DNA of 64,000 nucleotides from an uncultured Actinomycetota bacterium (GTDB lineage: Bacteria; Actinomycetota; Actinomycetes; JAHEKZ01). The stretch covers positions 1,280,001 to 1,344,000 of the forward strand of contig CAWHIJ010000003.1 of the NCBI GenBank assembly GCA_963829525.1. The letters run 5' to 3'. Positions 23,164-33,273 of the stretch are shown here, piece after piece. Below the pieces are notes generated by a model that had not been told where the DNA came from, searched no databases, and worked only from the letters and a program-made list of their open reading frames with translations. Position 1 is the first letter of the stretch, and the number at the start of each line of letters is the position of its first letter. A program made the position numbers and the translations under genes.

Positions 23164-23979
23164 CTACTCGGGTACGGCCACGCAGGCTGTGCCGATGCGA
23201 CGAAACCCGACTCGTTCATAGACGCGGGCAACGGCGTCGTCGTCGGCACTGAGGAAAACCACCTCGATGCCACGCCGGATCGCGTCGGCTACCAGCGTAT
23301 CTGTGACAGCTGCGCCCAAGCCCCGCCGACGGGCGCTCGGAACGGTGCCGACACCGACGATCTCGGTGACGTCGCCGACCGGGTTGTGACCGCCCGAGCA
23401 CAACACCCCGTGCTCGTCCTCGGCCACGACGAAAACCGAGCGCCCGTCGCGGATCAACTGTCGAAGGTCTTCGGATGCCTCAGGTGGGCGCCCCTCGACC
23501 GCAGCGTCTCGCTCGGAAGGGCCGACGTCGCCCACTTCGGTGCCCCCCGTCGCGAACGCGAGGCGGGCGACAACTTGAGCAGCTGGGATGATCGGGTCAT
23601 CGGGGTTGTCGATTCGGCGGATCCGAATGCCGTCGGGAACCGGGACTGCGAGTGGGTCGTGGTGTACCAGCAGGGGGTGCTCGTTGATCCGGAGACCGGC
23701 GTCACGGCAGGCGGTGCGGAGATCAGGCGCGATCTCGGCAAGCCACTCAATGGTTTCTGGCAGGCCAAGCTCGAGCTGGCGAGCACGAAGCGCCGCGACG
23801 TCAGTTGCCGTCACGTAGCCCGATGCCCAGCCCAAGCTTGGCCTGGCATAGAACGGATGGGTCAACCGGGACCGAAAGAGCGTGAAAGGTCCGACCGATT
23901 CCACGTCCGCGCGGGCTCGGGGCAGGGTGTCGAGGTATCGCTCGATCCGGCCGATCAACCCGTGTGCCTCGGTGCTCAT
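23164..23979 (-). CDS. GNAT acetyltransferase
   Basis: C-terminal [24 protein letters not shown]. Confidence 0.85.
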   Translation of the reverse strand: MSTEAHGLIGRIERYLDTLPRARADVESVGPFTLFRSRLTHPFYARPSLGWASGYVTATDVAALRARQLELGLPETIEWLAEIAPDLRTACRDAGLRINEHPLLVHHDPLAVPVPDGIRIRRIDNPDDPIIPAAQVVARLAFATGGTEVGDVGPSERDAAVEGRPPEASEDLRQLIRDGRSVFVVAEDEHGVLCSGGHNPVGDVTEIVGVGTVPSARRRGLGAAVTDTLVADAIRRGIEVVFLSADDDAVARVYERVGFRRIGTACVAVPE

Positions 23980-24047
23980 GGCACGATCTTGGCCGACTCG
24001 CCGGGCCCACGGCTACCCATCCCCTCCAGCGAGGGGAGAATAGACGG

Positions 24048-24779
24048 GTGAGTCTGTATCGAGATGAGGGCGTCGTGCTGCGCACCCAGAAGCTGGGTGA
24101 GGCCGACCGCATCATCACGGTGCTGACCAAGAACTATGGACGCGTCCGGGCGGTGGGCAAAGGCGTCCGGCGCACCTCGTCGAAGTTCGGAGCGAGGCTC
24201 GAGCCGTTCAGCCACGTGGACGTGCAGTTCTACACAGGCAGGTCCCTAGACATCGTGACGCAGGTCGAGTCGCTGGACGCCTACGGTGCGTCTATCGCTG
24301 ACGACTACGCCAGATACACGTCCGGCACCGCCATGTTGGAGACGGCTGAGCGGCTGACCGACGCGGAGAAGGAACCCGCCGTCCAGCAGTACCTGTTGTT
24401 GGTCGGCGGCCTGCGCGCATTGTCGGCTGCACAGCACAGCCCTGGAGCAGTGCTCGACGCGTACTTGCTCAGGTCGTTGGCCGTTGCGGGCTACGCAGCG
24501 AGTTTCGACGACTGCACCCGCTGTGGCGCACCGGGGCCGCACCGCTGGTTCTCGGTCGAGTCAGGTGGATCGGTCTGCGCCGACGACCGGCCAGCGGGAT
24601 CGGCCACGATCAGCGCCGAGTCACTGACCGTCCTGTCGGCGCTGCTCACCGGTGACTGGGCGGTCGTGGACGCCGCAGATCCGCGGCACCTCAGGGAAAG
24701 CACGGGCATCGTTGCCGCTTACACCCAGTGGCACCTCGAACGCGGCCTCCGCTCGCTGCGCCTGGTGGAACGAACGTGA
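24048..24779 (+). CDS. recO: DNA repair protein RecO
   Basis: [33 protein letters not shown]. Confidence 0.96.
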   Translation: MSLYRDEGVVLRTQKLGEADRIITVLTKNYGRVRAVGKGVRRTSSKFGARLEPFSHVDVQFYTGRSLDIVTQVESLDAYGASIADDYARYTSGTAMLETAERLTDAEKEPAVQQYLLLVGGLRALSAAQHSPGAVLDAYLLRSLAVAGYAASFDDCTRCGAPGPHRWFSVESGGSVCADDRPAGSATISAESLTVLSALLTGDWAVVDAADPRHLRESTGIVAAYTQWHLERGLRSLRLVERT

Positions 24780-25564
24780 GTCGTCGTCGTGTCATCAGCC
24801 CGCCTAACCCTCATCCGAGCGGCGTGCAGGCGCCCCAGGTTCCGGCAGACCTGGTACCGCATCACGTTGCGGTCGTCATGGACGGCAACGGCCGATGGGC
24901 CAAGGCCAGAGGACTGCCCCGCACCGAGGGTCACAAGGCTGGTGAGGCCGCCCTGTTCGACCTCGTCGAAGGCGCGATCGAGGTAGGCGTGAAGTTCGTG
25001 TCGGCCTACGCGTTCAGCACCGAGAACTGGAAACGGTCACCTGATGAGGTTCGCTTTCTGATGGGATTCAACCGCGACGTCATCCGGCGACGTCGTGACG
25101 AGATGAACGCGATGGGCGTCCGGGTGCGATGGGCGGGTCGGCGGCGGCGGCTCTGGAAGAGCGTCATCGACGAGCTGGAGGAGGCCGAACAGCTCACGCG
25201 CAGCAACAAGGTGCTGACGCTGACCATGTGCGTCAACTACGGCGGGCGTGCGGAGATTGCTGACGCAGCAGCGTCCATCGCCTGGGCGGTGTCTGAGGGG
25301 CGCCTCGACCCGACCCGCGTCGATGAGCGAACCGTCGCACGTTTCCTCGACGAGCCTGACCTGCCGGACGTCGACCTGTTCATCCGAAGCTCGGGCGAGC
25401 AGCGCATCTCCAACTTCTTGCTCTGGCAGAGCGCCTACGCAGAGCTGATCTTCCTCGACGAGCTCTGGCCGGATGTCGACCGACGCCACCTCTGGAAGGC
25501 GATTGAGCAGTACGCCGCCAGGGACCGCCGCTACGGGGGAGCTGACCCAACCCCCTTGGGCTGA
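24776..25564 (+). CDS. uppS: cis-isoprenyl diphosphate synthase
   Basis: [43 protein letters not shown]. Confidence 0.94.
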   Translation: MSRRRVISPPNPHPSGVQAPQVPADLVPHHVAVVMDGNGRWAKARGLPRTEGHKAGEAALFDLVEGAIEVGVKFVSAYAFSTENWKRSPDEVRFLMGFNRDVIRRRRDEMNAMGVRVRWAGRRRRLWKSVIDELEEAEQLTRSNKVLTLTMCVNYGGRAEIADAAASIAWAVSEGRLDPTRVDERTVARFLDEPDLPDVDLFIRSSGEQRISNFLLWQSAYAELIFLDELWPDVDRRHLWKAIEQYAARDRRYGGADPTPLG

Positions 25565-25571
25565 CAGCTCG

Positions 25572-26492
25572 CTAGTGGTGTAGTCCCGATTCGTGCATCG
25601 CGTGACCGGTCGGCTCGAGCTGGAACGTGCAGTGCTCGACATCGAAGTGGTCGGCAAGGCACTCGCCCAGTGCGTCCAGGACGCGGGCAGCCCCGCCGTC
25701 GGCGAGAGCGGCGTCGGCCAGCACGACATGCGCAGAGAGCACGGGCATCCCCGAGGTGATCGTCCAGGCGTGAAGGTCATGCGCTCCGATCACCCCCGGC
25801 AGTCCGAGGATGTGTTCGCGGACCTCGCCGAGGTCGATGCCCTTGGGGGTGGCCTCCAGGAGCACGTCCATCGCTTCTCGCAGAAGTGACCAGGTGCGCG
25901 GCAGGATCATCACGGCCACCGCGACCGAGGCCAGAGCGTCGGCTTCAAGCCAGCCTGTGGCGAGGATCACGCCGGCCGCAACGAGCGCTGCCAGGGAACC
26001 GAGGGCGTCACCGAAGACCTCGAGGTAGGCGCCTCGGACGTTGAGGTTTGCTGAGGCACTCTCGCGCAGCAGCAGCGCTCCGACTACGTTGGCGGTCAAG
26101 CCGATGGCGGCGAAGACCATCATGAGACCACCGTCGATCGTCTGCGGGTTCCGCCAACGCTGCCAGGCCTCCATTGAGATGAAGACGGCAACTAAAGACA
26201 GCAGCACCGCGTTGACCACGGCCGCCAGGATCTCCAGGCGGTAATAGCCGAAGGTGCGCTGTGCGGTTGGTGCACGCGACGCAAACGAGATCGCCAGCAG
26301 TGCGAGAGCGATGCCGGAGACATCGGTGAGCATGTGGCCAGCATCAGCCAGTAAGGCGAGGCTTCCACTGATCGATGCTCCTGCAAGCTCGACCATCAGC
26401 ACAGTGCCAGTCAGCGCCAAAACCATGAGCAAACGGCGACGGTGAGCTCGCCCGGTGGCGGTGGCTGTGGGTCGCCTGTCGGCAGCCGTCAT
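25572..26492 (-). CDS. Cation diffusion facilitator (CzcD/ZitB-like efflux)
   Basis: SLALLADAGHMLTD, TFGYYRLEILAA, HDLHAWTI, HCTFQLE. Confidence 0.92.
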   Translation of the reverse strand: MTAADRRPTATATGRAHRRRLLMVLALTGTVLMVELAGASISGSLALLADAGHMLTDVSGIALALLAISFASRAPTAQRTFGYYRLEILAAVVNAVLLSLVAVFISMEAWQRWRNPQTIDGGLMMVFAAIGLTANVVGALLLRESASANLNVRGAYLEVFGDALGSLAALVAAGVILATGWLEADALASVAVAVMILPRTWSLLREAMDVLLEATPKGIDLGEVREHILGLPGVIGAHDLHAWTITSGMPVLSAHVVLADAALADGGAARVLDALGECLADHFDVEHCTFQLEPTGHAMHESGLHH

Positions 26493-26893
26493 GCGCAGTC
26501 GGGGCAGATGCCGTAGATCTCGAGCGTGTGATTGATGTCGCCGAAGCCGTGCCGCTTGGCGACCTCGTCGGCCCATGACTCGACCGTCGGGCTGTCGACC
26601 TCGATGGTTCGGCCGCACCTCCGGCAGACCAGGTGGTGATGATGCTCGGTGGTGCAGCGCCGGTACATCGCCTCACCGTCATCGGTGCGGATGACGTCGA
26701 CCTGTGACGCGTCGGCCAACGACTGCAGCGTGCGGTAGACGGTGGTGAGCCCCACGGTGGAACCGCTGTCGCGAAGCCTGGCGTGGATGTCCTGGGCGCT
26801 GGTGAACTGGTTGAGGCTGTCGAGCATGTCGAGGACGGCCGCCCGCTGACGGGTGTTGCGCTGTGGTGCGCCCGCTCCCTCACCCGTGCTCAT
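26489..26893 (-). CDS. zur: Fur-family zinc uptake regulator
   Basis: TRQR, GLTTVYRTL, HHHHLVCRRCG, GICPDC; next to znu genes, with a Zur box in the cluster. Confidence 0.9.
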   Translation of the reverse strand: MSTGEGAGAPQRNTRQRAAVLDMLDSLNQFTSAQDIHARLRDSGSTVGLTTVYRTLQSLADASQVDVIRTDDGEAMYRRCTTEHHHHLVCRRCGRTIEVDSPTVESWADEVAKRHGFGDINHTLEIYGICPDCA

Positions 26894-27194
26894 GGTGCTG
26901 CCCCTCCTGGGCGTGCCGGACGGCGTCGAGGACGATGTGGGCAACGTGCTCGTCGGTGAGCTGGTAGGCCACCTCGCGCCCGCGCCGGACCCCCTCGACA
27001 AGGTCGGCACCGCGCAGCACGCGCAGGTGCTGGCTGATCAGCGGTTGGGGCAGGCCGAGCTTCTCAACGAGCTCGTGGACGCAGCGTTCACCGTCGGCGA
27101 GCTCGGTGACCAGCGCGATGCGAACGGGGGACGCGAGCGCTCGAAAGAGCTCACCCGCTTCGTCGTAGGCATCCACGATCGAGGGCTCAGTCAC
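26880..27194 (-). CDS. ArsR/SmtB metal-sensing repressor
   Basis: FRALASPVRI, CVHELV, SQHLRVLR, alpha5-type DEHVAHIVLDAVRHAQE; GTG start. Confidence 0.9.
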   Translation of the reverse strand: MTEPSIVDAYDEAGELFRALASPVRIALVTELADGERCVHELVEKLGLPQPLISQHLRVLRGADLVEGVRRGREVAYQLTDEHVAHIVLDAVRHAQEGQHHEHG

Positions 27195-27216
27195 ATGCGA
27201 AGATTGCCATACATGC
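27193..27216 (-). promoter_or_regulatory. Putative SmtB operator over a leaderless promoter
   Basis: ACATGC-N12-ACATGC (CATG-N14-CATG) spanning a CAATCT -10 (27201-27206, minus) and the start codon; weak symmetry. Confidence 0.35.
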
Positions 27217-27231
27217 ATAGCTGCGAGCAAC

Positions 27232-28062
27232 TCACGGGGCCAGATGGCTTCGGCGTGCCTTGCGCAGGACGCCGGTGACCGCAGCCGTTGCCGCGAAGAG
27301 CGCGATCGCGGTGAGCACGATAGAGCCACCCGACGGCGTGTTGGTGTAGTACGACGACGCCACGCCGACCACCGCACAACCGAGGCCGATGGCCAGTGAC
27401 AGTGCAAACGCCGACCGGAAGCTGCCGGCGACCAGCTGCGCGGTGGCGACCGGAACGACCATGAGCGCACTGATCAGGAGCAGGCCGACCACCCGCATCG
27501 ACACTACGACGGTGGTTGCAGTCAGTACCGCGAGCACCAGGTTGAGCGGCAGCACCGGCATTCCGCTCGCCCGCGCATACTCCTCGTCGTTGGCCACCGC
27601 GAAGAGCTGTCGGCCCAGGCCAACAGTGATCAGCAGAATGAACGCCGCGAGGACGGCGAAGACGGCGAGGTCTTGGGCCGTCGTGGTGGTGATGGCCCCG
27701 AAGAGGTACTGGTTGAGGCTGGTCGCGCTGCCGCCGGGTGCCTTGGCGATCAGAACTACGCCACCCGCAATGCCTCCGTAGAACATGATGGCCAACGCCA
27801 GGTCGCTGGTCGTGCGTCCGCGGTCCCGGAGCACCTCGATCGTGATGGCGCCGGCGGCGGCCGTGAGCAGAGCCACCCAGATGGGCGCCCATCCCGTGAG
27901 CAGTCCAAGTGCGACACCGGTCAGCGCGACGTGGCCCATGCCGTCGCCCATCAGGGCCAGACGGCGTTGCACCAAGAAGATGCCGACGCTGGGAGCGGCC
28001 AGGCCTACGAGCACGGCGGCCATAAGCGCCCGTTGCATGAAGTCGTACTGCAAGAACTCCAA
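27232..28062 (-). CDS. znuB: Zn ABC transporter permease
   Basis: FMQRAL, GDGMGHVALTG, YLFGAI, VVGLLLISALMVVP; TTG start 2 nt after the znuC stop. Confidence 0.88.
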   Translation of the reverse strand: MEFLQYDFMQRALMAAVLVGLAAPSVGIFLVQRRLALMGDGMGHVALTGVALGLLTGWAPIWVALLTAAAGAITIEVLRDRGRTTSDLALAIMFYGGIAGGVVLIAKAPGGSATSLNQYLFGAITTTTAQDLAVFAVLAAFILLITVGLGRQLFAVANDEEYARASGMPVLPLNLVLAVLTATTVVVSMRVVGLLLISALMVVPVATAQLVAGSFRSAFALSLAIGLGCAVVGVASSYYTNTPSGGSIVLTAIALFAATAAVTGVLRKARRSHLAP

Positions 28063-28064
28063 GT

Positions 28065-28841
28065 TCAGGCCCCCGTTCGCATGTCGGGACCGAGCGGCTC
28101 GTGCGGCGGGTCTTCGGGATGGTCGTGGTGCGCGAAGGGTTCGCTGGCAGCCAACAGAATCGCCTGCGTCGGATCGCCGTCGTACTCGATGCGGCCGTGA
28201 CTCACCCACACGACTCGGGTCAGGTGTGGGCTGAACGGCTCCAGGTCGTGAGTGACGACCGCGATCGTCACTCCTTGACGGCTCAGGTGGCCGAGCACCT
28301 CCACCAGTGCGGCCTGCGCCTCGACGTCCACCCCAGCCGTCGGCTCGTCGAGGAGCAGCAGCTCGGTCTCTGCCGCCAAAGCCCTGGCGATCAGCACCCG
28401 ACGCTGCTGGCCGCCCGAGAGCAGGTGGACCGGCTGGGAGGCAAGGCGTAGGACGCCGACGCGTTTCATCGCCTCGTTCACCGCAGTCCGGTCTGCGGTA
28501 CTGGGGAGGTGCCACAACCCTGAGCGCGGCAGGCGTCCGCTGGCGACGACCTCGCGAACGGTGGCGGGGATCGGCCCACCCACTGTGTGCCGTTGCGGGA
28601 CGTAGCCGATCCGCCAGCGCTGCCGGTACTGCTCGGCCGGAACGCCGAAGAGGTCGAGCTCACCGGCCGACCGGGTCGCCAGCCCAAGGAGCGCCTTGAC
28701 CAGCGTCGACTTGCCCGACCCGTTCGGGCCGACGATCGCGGTGAACTCGCCCGCGCAGATGGCGAAGTCGATATCGCGCAGAACGGTGGCGCCCTCGTAG
28801 CCGAGTGTCGCTGCGCGCAGCTCGACGAGCGCAGGTGTCAG
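28065..28841 (-). CDS. znuC: Zn ABC transporter ATP-binding protein (probable CTG start)
   Basis: Frame carries GPNGSGKST, IGYVPQ, LSGGQQRR, LLLLDEP, THD; no ATG/GTG/TTG upstream of Walker A; CTG at 28841 overlaps the znuA TGA. Confidence 0.85.
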   Translation of the reverse strand: MTPALVELRAATLGYEGATVLRDIDFAICAGEFTAIVGPNGSGKSTLVKALLGLATRSAGELDLFGVPAEQYRQRWRIGYVPQRHTVGGPIPATVREVVASGRLPRSGLWHLPSTADRTAVNEAMKRVGVLRLASQPVHLLSGGQQRRVLIARALAAETELLLLDEPTAGVDVEAQAALVEVLGHLSRQGVTIAVVTHDLEPFSPHLTRVVWVSHGRIEYDGDPTQAILLAASEPFAHHDHPEDPPHEPLGPDMRTGA

Positions 28842-29746
28842 GGGCAGGGCAACCCCGCCTCGATGTTGGCCAGATTCGACTCCATGACCTGCAGGTAGTC
28901 GTCGCCCTGAGAGGCGTCAGACAGACCCTCCAGTGGGTCGAGGACGTCGGTGTTGGCTCCGGTGGCGTTCGCAACAGTCTCGGCCACGTCAGGACTGACC
29001 AGGGTTTCGTAGAAGATCGTCTGAACGTCGTTGTCGCGGACGAACTCGGTGACGGTGGCGAGCTGTTGCGGGTTGGGCTCGGTGTCGGGGGAGAGGCCGG
29101 TGAGCCCGACCTGCTCGAGGTTGTAGGCATCGGCGAGATACCCGAAGGCGGTGTGGCTGGTGACGAGCTGACGCCGCTCGCAGTCGGCCAGCCCTTTGCG
29201 GAAGGCGCTGTCGAGATCTGCCAGATCGGCACGCAGCTCGGCAGCGTTCGCCTCGAAGGTGGCTTGCGCTGGTGGGTCGAGCTGGCTCAGGGCGGCGGCG
29301 ACGTCGTCAGCGACGTCGGCCATGCGCATCGGGTCGAGCCAGAAGTGTGGGTCGGTCAGGGCATCGCCTTCGGATGAGTAGGTGAGGGAGAGGTCGGCGG
29401 CATCGCTGACGTCGAGTACCTGACCCTCGGACTTCTGGGCCACGGCGTCATCGACGGCCGGCTGGAAGCCTGCGAGGTAGATCGCGAGGTCGGCGTCGGT
29501 GAGCGTGCCGAGGTCTTGCGGAGCCAGCTCGAGGTCGTGGGGCTCGACACCAGGCTTGGTCAGGTTGGTGACGGTGACGAGGTCGCCACCGACGCGCTCG
29601 GCGACGAACTGGAGTGGATAGAAGGAGGTGACGACGTCCCAACCGGCCGAGGAGGTTGGCTCGTTGGTGGCGCCTGAGCCACAGGCTGACAGGGTCATCA
29701 GCCCCGAGAGCGCGATCGCGACAGCAACGCGGCGGCGAAGGTGCAT
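28838..29746 (-). CDS. znuA: Zn ABC transporter substrate-binding lipoprotein
   Basis: Lipobox LSAC, EPHDLEL, DPHFWLDP, SHTAFGY, LDPLEG. Confidence 0.9.
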   Translation of the reverse strand: MHLRRRVAVAIALSGLMTLSACGSGATNEPTSSAGWDVVTSFYPLQFVAERVGGDLVTVTNLTKPGVEPHDLELAPQDLGTLTDADLAIYLAGFQPAVDDAVAQKSEGQVLDVSDAADLSLTYSSEGDALTDPHFWLDPMRMADVADDVAAALSQLDPPAQATFEANAAELRADLADLDSAFRKGLADCERRQLVTSHTAFGYLADAYNLEQVGLTGLSPDTEPNPQQLATVTEFVRDNDVQTIFYETLVSPDVAETVANATGANTDVLDPLEGLSDASQGDDYLQVMESNLANIEAGLPCP

Positions 29747-29762
29747 GGCGGCACTCTGACGT

Positions 29763-29783
29763 AAATGAAAACGGTTGTCAATA
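29763..29783. promoter_or_regulatory. Zur box
   Basis: AAATGAAAACGGTTGTCAATA fits the actinobacterial Zur palindrome TGANAANNNTTNTCA; directly upstream of the znuA -10 (CAGAGT, 29753-29758, minus). Confidence 0.85.
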
Positions 29784-29819
29784 CCGACAAGGTTCAGACG
29801 AATGTGCCGACCGCGAGCC

Positions 29820-30104
29820 TCAGACGAACTTGCCAACCGCGAGGTAGACCAGTACGCCAACGGTCAGCAGCCGCAGGATGCGTCCCAGTGGCGAGACGTG
29901 CGACCAGCCAAGGCTCGCCAGCCAGGCGAGGAAGAGCGCCAGGATCAGCAGCAGGACGCCGCCGAGCGTGTTCTCAAGGTAGAGGCCGGCGAAGAGAAGC
30001 GCCCCGAGCACGACCAGGAAGAGCCAGCGCGGAATGAGACTGAGGCGCACCAGCCAGGGGGCGCTGATCCGCTCGAGCGCGGAGGGTGTGCGGTCTTCGG
30101 GCAT
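29820..30104 (-). CDS. Small membrane protein (DUF6703-like)
   Basis: ERISAPWLVRL followed by hydrophobic helices and FLAWL; start could instead be 30146. Confidence 0.65.
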   Translation of the reverse strand: MPEDRTPSALERISAPWLVRLSLIPRWLFLVVLGALLFAGLYLENTLGGVLLLILALFLAWLASLGWSHVSPLGRILRLLTVGVLVYLAVGKFV

Positions 30105-30201
30105 GGTTCCTCGCGGCTCGTGCGTGGGCGGTTCGGACGCTCCCATCGTGGCCCACCGCCTCAATCGCTGCCAGGCCGGGGCGATGCGTCAAGATGTGCA
30201 C

Positions 30202-30564
30202 GTGGCCGACTGGGTGGTGGTGATGCGCTTTGGGGTGCCTACGGACCGCGCCGACGCCTTCGAGGACGAGGCTAGCGGCGTGGCTCGTCTGCTGGCCGGA
30301 TTTGACGGCTGCACGGGGGTCGACGTGGCCCGCGCGTCAGACGATCGCGAGCTATGGGTCATCGTGGCGCGATGGGACTCGGTCGGGAGCTACCGCAAAG
30401 CGCTGTCGTCCTACGAGGTCAAGCTGAACGCGGTGCCCTTCCTGTCGCGCGCGATCGACGAGCCGACTGCGTTCGAGGTGCTGTTTGGGATGGACGCAGC
30501 TGGCGAGCGAGCGACGTCCAGCGACCTCGCAGGTGATGCCGGAACCATCGAACGGTCCCGATAG
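30202..30564 (+). CDS. Antibiotic biosynthesis monooxygenase (ABM)-like protein
   Basis: ARWDSVGSYRKALSSYEVK, AIDEPTAFE; GTG 6 nt after CAAGAT. Confidence 0.75.
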   Translation: MADWVVVMRFGVPTDRADAFEDEASGVARLLAGFDGCTGVDVARASDDRELWVIVARWDSVGSYRKALSSYEVKLNAVPFLSRAIDEPTAFEVLFGMDAAGERATSSDLAGDAGTIERSR

Positions 30565-30633
30565 CCTGAAGGCTCACCGCCGACATCCAGCCGGATGGCA
30601 TGCGCACCAGTCGCGCAGAAAGCAGGGAGCCTC

Positions 30634-32013
30634 GTGGCCGCCGACCTGATCGACAATGTTGTCTCGCTCTGCAAGCGTCGAGGCTTCGTCTACCCCAGCT
30701 CTGAGATCTACGGCGGCCAGCGTGCGGCGTGGGACTACGGCCCCCTCGGCGTTGAGCTCAAGGAGAACGTCAAGCGCCAGTGGTGGCAGTCGGTCGTGCG
30801 CGAGCGGGACGACATCGTCGGCGTCGACACCTCCGTCATCCTCGCGCGTGAGGTGTGGGAGGCGTCTGGGCACGTCTCGGCTTTCGTCGACCCGCTGACC
30901 GAGTGCACGTCGTGCCACAAGCGGTTCCGTGCCGACCACCTGGAAGAGGCGTTCGAGGCCAAGCACAAGCGTGCGCCTGAGTCGCTTGCGGAGGTCAACT
31001 GCCCCAACTGCGGCAACAAGGGTCAGTTTACTGAGCCGAAGCTCTTCAACGGCTTGTTGAAGACCCATCTTGGTCCCGTCGAGGACGGCTCGGGTACGGC
31101 GTATCTGCGCCCGGAGACCGCCCAGGGGCTGTTCATTTCGTTCGCCCAGGTGCAGCAGGTGTCGCGTCGCAAGGTGCCGTTCGGTATCGCGAACGTGGGG
31201 AAGTCGTTTCGCAACGAGATCACGCCGGGGAACTTCATCTTCCGCACCCGCGAGTTCGAGCAGATGGAACTGGAGTTCTTCGTCAAGCCGGGGACCGACG
31301 AAGAGTGGCACCAGCAGTGGATCGACGCCCGAATGGCCTGGTACGCCGATCTCGGCATCTCGCCCGAAAACCTGCGCCTCTACGAGCACCCCGGTGAGAA
31401 GCTCTCGCACTACTCCAAGCGCACCGTCGATCTCGAGTACCGCTTCAAGTTCGGCGGGCAAGAGTTCAGCGAACTCGAGGGTGTCGCCAACCGCACCGAC
31501 TTCGACCTCAAGGCGCACGCCGAGGCGTCCGGCCAGGACCTGTCGTTCTTCGACCAGGAGTCCGGTGAACGTTGGTACCCCTACGTGATCGAGCCAGCCG
31601 CGGGCGTCAACCGGGCGATGCTGGCCTTCCTGCTCGATGCGTACGCCGAGGACGAAGCGCCCAATGCCAAGGGTGGCGTCGACAAGCGGACTTTGCTGCG
31701 TCTCGACGCGCGTCTGGCACCCGTGAAGGTGGCTGTTCTGCCGCTGTCGCGGAACGCCGATCTGTCACCGAAGGCGCGCGATGTGGCGTCCGCGCTGCGG
31801 AAACGGTGGAACGTCGACTTCGACGACGCCGGTGCCATCGGACGCCGCTACCGGCGTCAGGACGAAATCGGAACCCCGTACTGCGTGACGGTCGACTTCG
31901 ACTCCATTGACGACCACGCAGTGACCGTGCGCGAGCGCGACACCATGAAGCAGGAGCGCATCGGGATCGACGGCCTCGTCGACTTCCTCACCCCCCACCT
32001 CCCCGCCTTCTGA
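30634..32013 (+). CDS. glyQS: Glycine-tRNA ligase (alpha2 type)
   Basis: [55 protein letters not shown]. Confidence 0.97.
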   Translation: MAADLIDNVVSLCKRRGFVYPSSEIYGGQRAAWDYGPLGVELKENVKRQWWQSVVRERDDIVGVDTSVILAREVWEASGHVSAFVDPLTECTSCHKRFRADHLEEAFEAKHKRAPESLAEVNCPNCGNKGQFTEPKLFNGLLKTHLGPVEDGSGTAYLRPETAQGLFISFAQVQQVSRRKVPFGIANVGKSFRNEITPGNFIFRTREFEQMELEFFVKPGTDEEWHQQWIDARMAWYADLGISPENLRLYEHPGEKLSHYSKRTVDLEYRFKFGGQEFSELEGVANRTDFDLKAHAEASGQDLSFFDQESGERWYPYVIEPAAGVNRAMLAFLLDAYAEDEAPNAKGGVDKRTLLRLDARLAPVKVAVLPLSRNADLSPKARDVASALRKRWNVDFDDAGAIGRRYRRQDEIGTPYCVTVDFDSIDDHAVTVRERDTMKQERIGIDGLVDFLTPHLPAF

Positions 32014-32031
32014 CGGCGCAGCGTCCCGCGA

Positions 32032-32110
32032 GCAATGGCGGATTTCGTGCACTTTCAGCCCCGATGAGCAGGCGAAACCGACGGGAATCCTGCAATGGGG
32101 GATCTTGTGC
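32032..32110. repeat. Imperfect 19-bp direct repeat bracketing an imperfect hairpin
   Basis: GCAATGGCGGATTTCGTGC (32032-32050) vs GCAATGGGGGATCTTGTGC (32092-32110), 16/19 identical. Confidence 0.45.
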
Positions 32111-32123
32111 GGTGGTGTGAGAC

Positions 32124-33266
32124 ATGACAAGCCAAGGTCTCGAGGTATCAGTGTTGCGGATCGGCAACCTGGAGCTGCCGGTGCCGGTGGTGCTCGCGCC
32201 CATGGCCGGCATCACTAACGCGGCGTTCCGGCGGCTCGCCGCCGAACAGGGTGCTGGCCTTTATGTCTGCGAGATGATCACCAGCCGCGGGCTCGTCGAA
32301 CGCCAGGCTAAGACGCTCTCCATGCTGGCGTTCGATCCGTTGGAGACCACACGCTCGGTACAGCTGTACGGCGTCGACCCCCGGTACGTCGGTGAGGCGG
32401 TGCGCATCCTCGTTGGCGAGTTCGGCGTCCACCATGTCGACTTCAACTTCGGCTGCCCGGTACCCAAGGTCACCCGCAAGGGAGGGGGAGCGGCGCTGCC
32501 GTGGAAGCGCGACCTGCTGCACGCCATTCTCGCCGAGGCAGTTCGCGCCGCGGCGCCGAACGACGTTCCCGTCACGATGAAGACGCGCATGGGCATCGAC
32601 CGTGAGCACCTCACCTACCTCGATGCTGGGAAGATCGCCGAAGACGTCGGATGCGCTGCCATCGCGCTGCACGGCCGCACCGCAGACCAACACTACTCAG
32701 GTGACGCCGACTGGACGGCGATCGCTGCGCTCAAGCAACACGTCGGCATCCCGGTGCTCGGCAATGGCGACATCTGGGAAGCGCGCGATGCGCTGCGGAT
32801 GCTGAAGGAGACCAGGTGCGACGGCGTCGTCGTCGGACGCGGGTGTCTGGGGCGCCCTTGGCTCTTTCGCGATCTTGCTGCCGCGTCTAACGGGCAGCCG
32901 ATCCCCGACCCACCTCATCTCAACGAGGTGGTCGGCATGGTGCGCCGGCACGGCGAACTGCTGGCCGAGCTCATGGGCGAGGGGCGCGGCATGGCCGACC
33001 TCCGCAAGCACATGGCGTGGTACCTCAAGGGGTTCGTCGTAGGCGGTGAGACGCGTGCAGCGCTCGGCAGGGTCGCTACGCTCGCCGAGCTCGACGTACT
33101 ACTCAGCCAGATCGACGTCGACCAGCCCTTCCCGACATCGGAGGTAGGGATGCCGCGCGGGCGCCAGGGCTCGCCGCGTCGCGTGGTGCTCCCCGAGGGT
33201 TGGCTCGACACCCAGCGCTGTGACTTCCTGGACGCCGATGCCGAGCTCGACGTGAGCGGAGGCTGA
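32124..33266 (+). CDS. dusB: tRNA-dihydrouridine synthase B
   Basis: LAPMAGIT, DFNFGCPVPKV, LHGRT, GNGDI, GRGCLGRPW. Confidence 0.95.
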   Translation: MTSQGLEVSVLRIGNLELPVPVVLAPMAGITNAAFRRLAAEQGAGLYVCEMITSRGLVERQAKTLSMLAFDPLETTRSVQLYGVDPRYVGEAVRILVGEFGVHHVDFNFGCPVPKVTRKGGGAALPWKRDLLHAILAEAVRAAAPNDVPVTMKTRMGIDREHLTYLDAGKIAEDVGCAAIALHGRTADQHYSGDADWTAIAALKQHVGIPVLGNGDIWEARDALRMLKETRCDGVVVGRGCLGRPWLFRDLAAASNGQPIPDPPHLNEVVGMVRRHGELLAELMGEGRGMADLRKHMAWYLKGFVVGGETRAALGRVATLAELDVLLSQIDVDQPFPTSEVGMPRGRQGSPRRVVLPEGWLDTQRCDFLDADAELDVSGG

Positions 33267-33273
33267 CGCGGTC

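Noticed and set aside
28065-28841. znuC as a frameshifted pseudogene
   Set aside because: Manual translation shows one continuous frame from Walker A to the H-loop; only the start codon is unusual.
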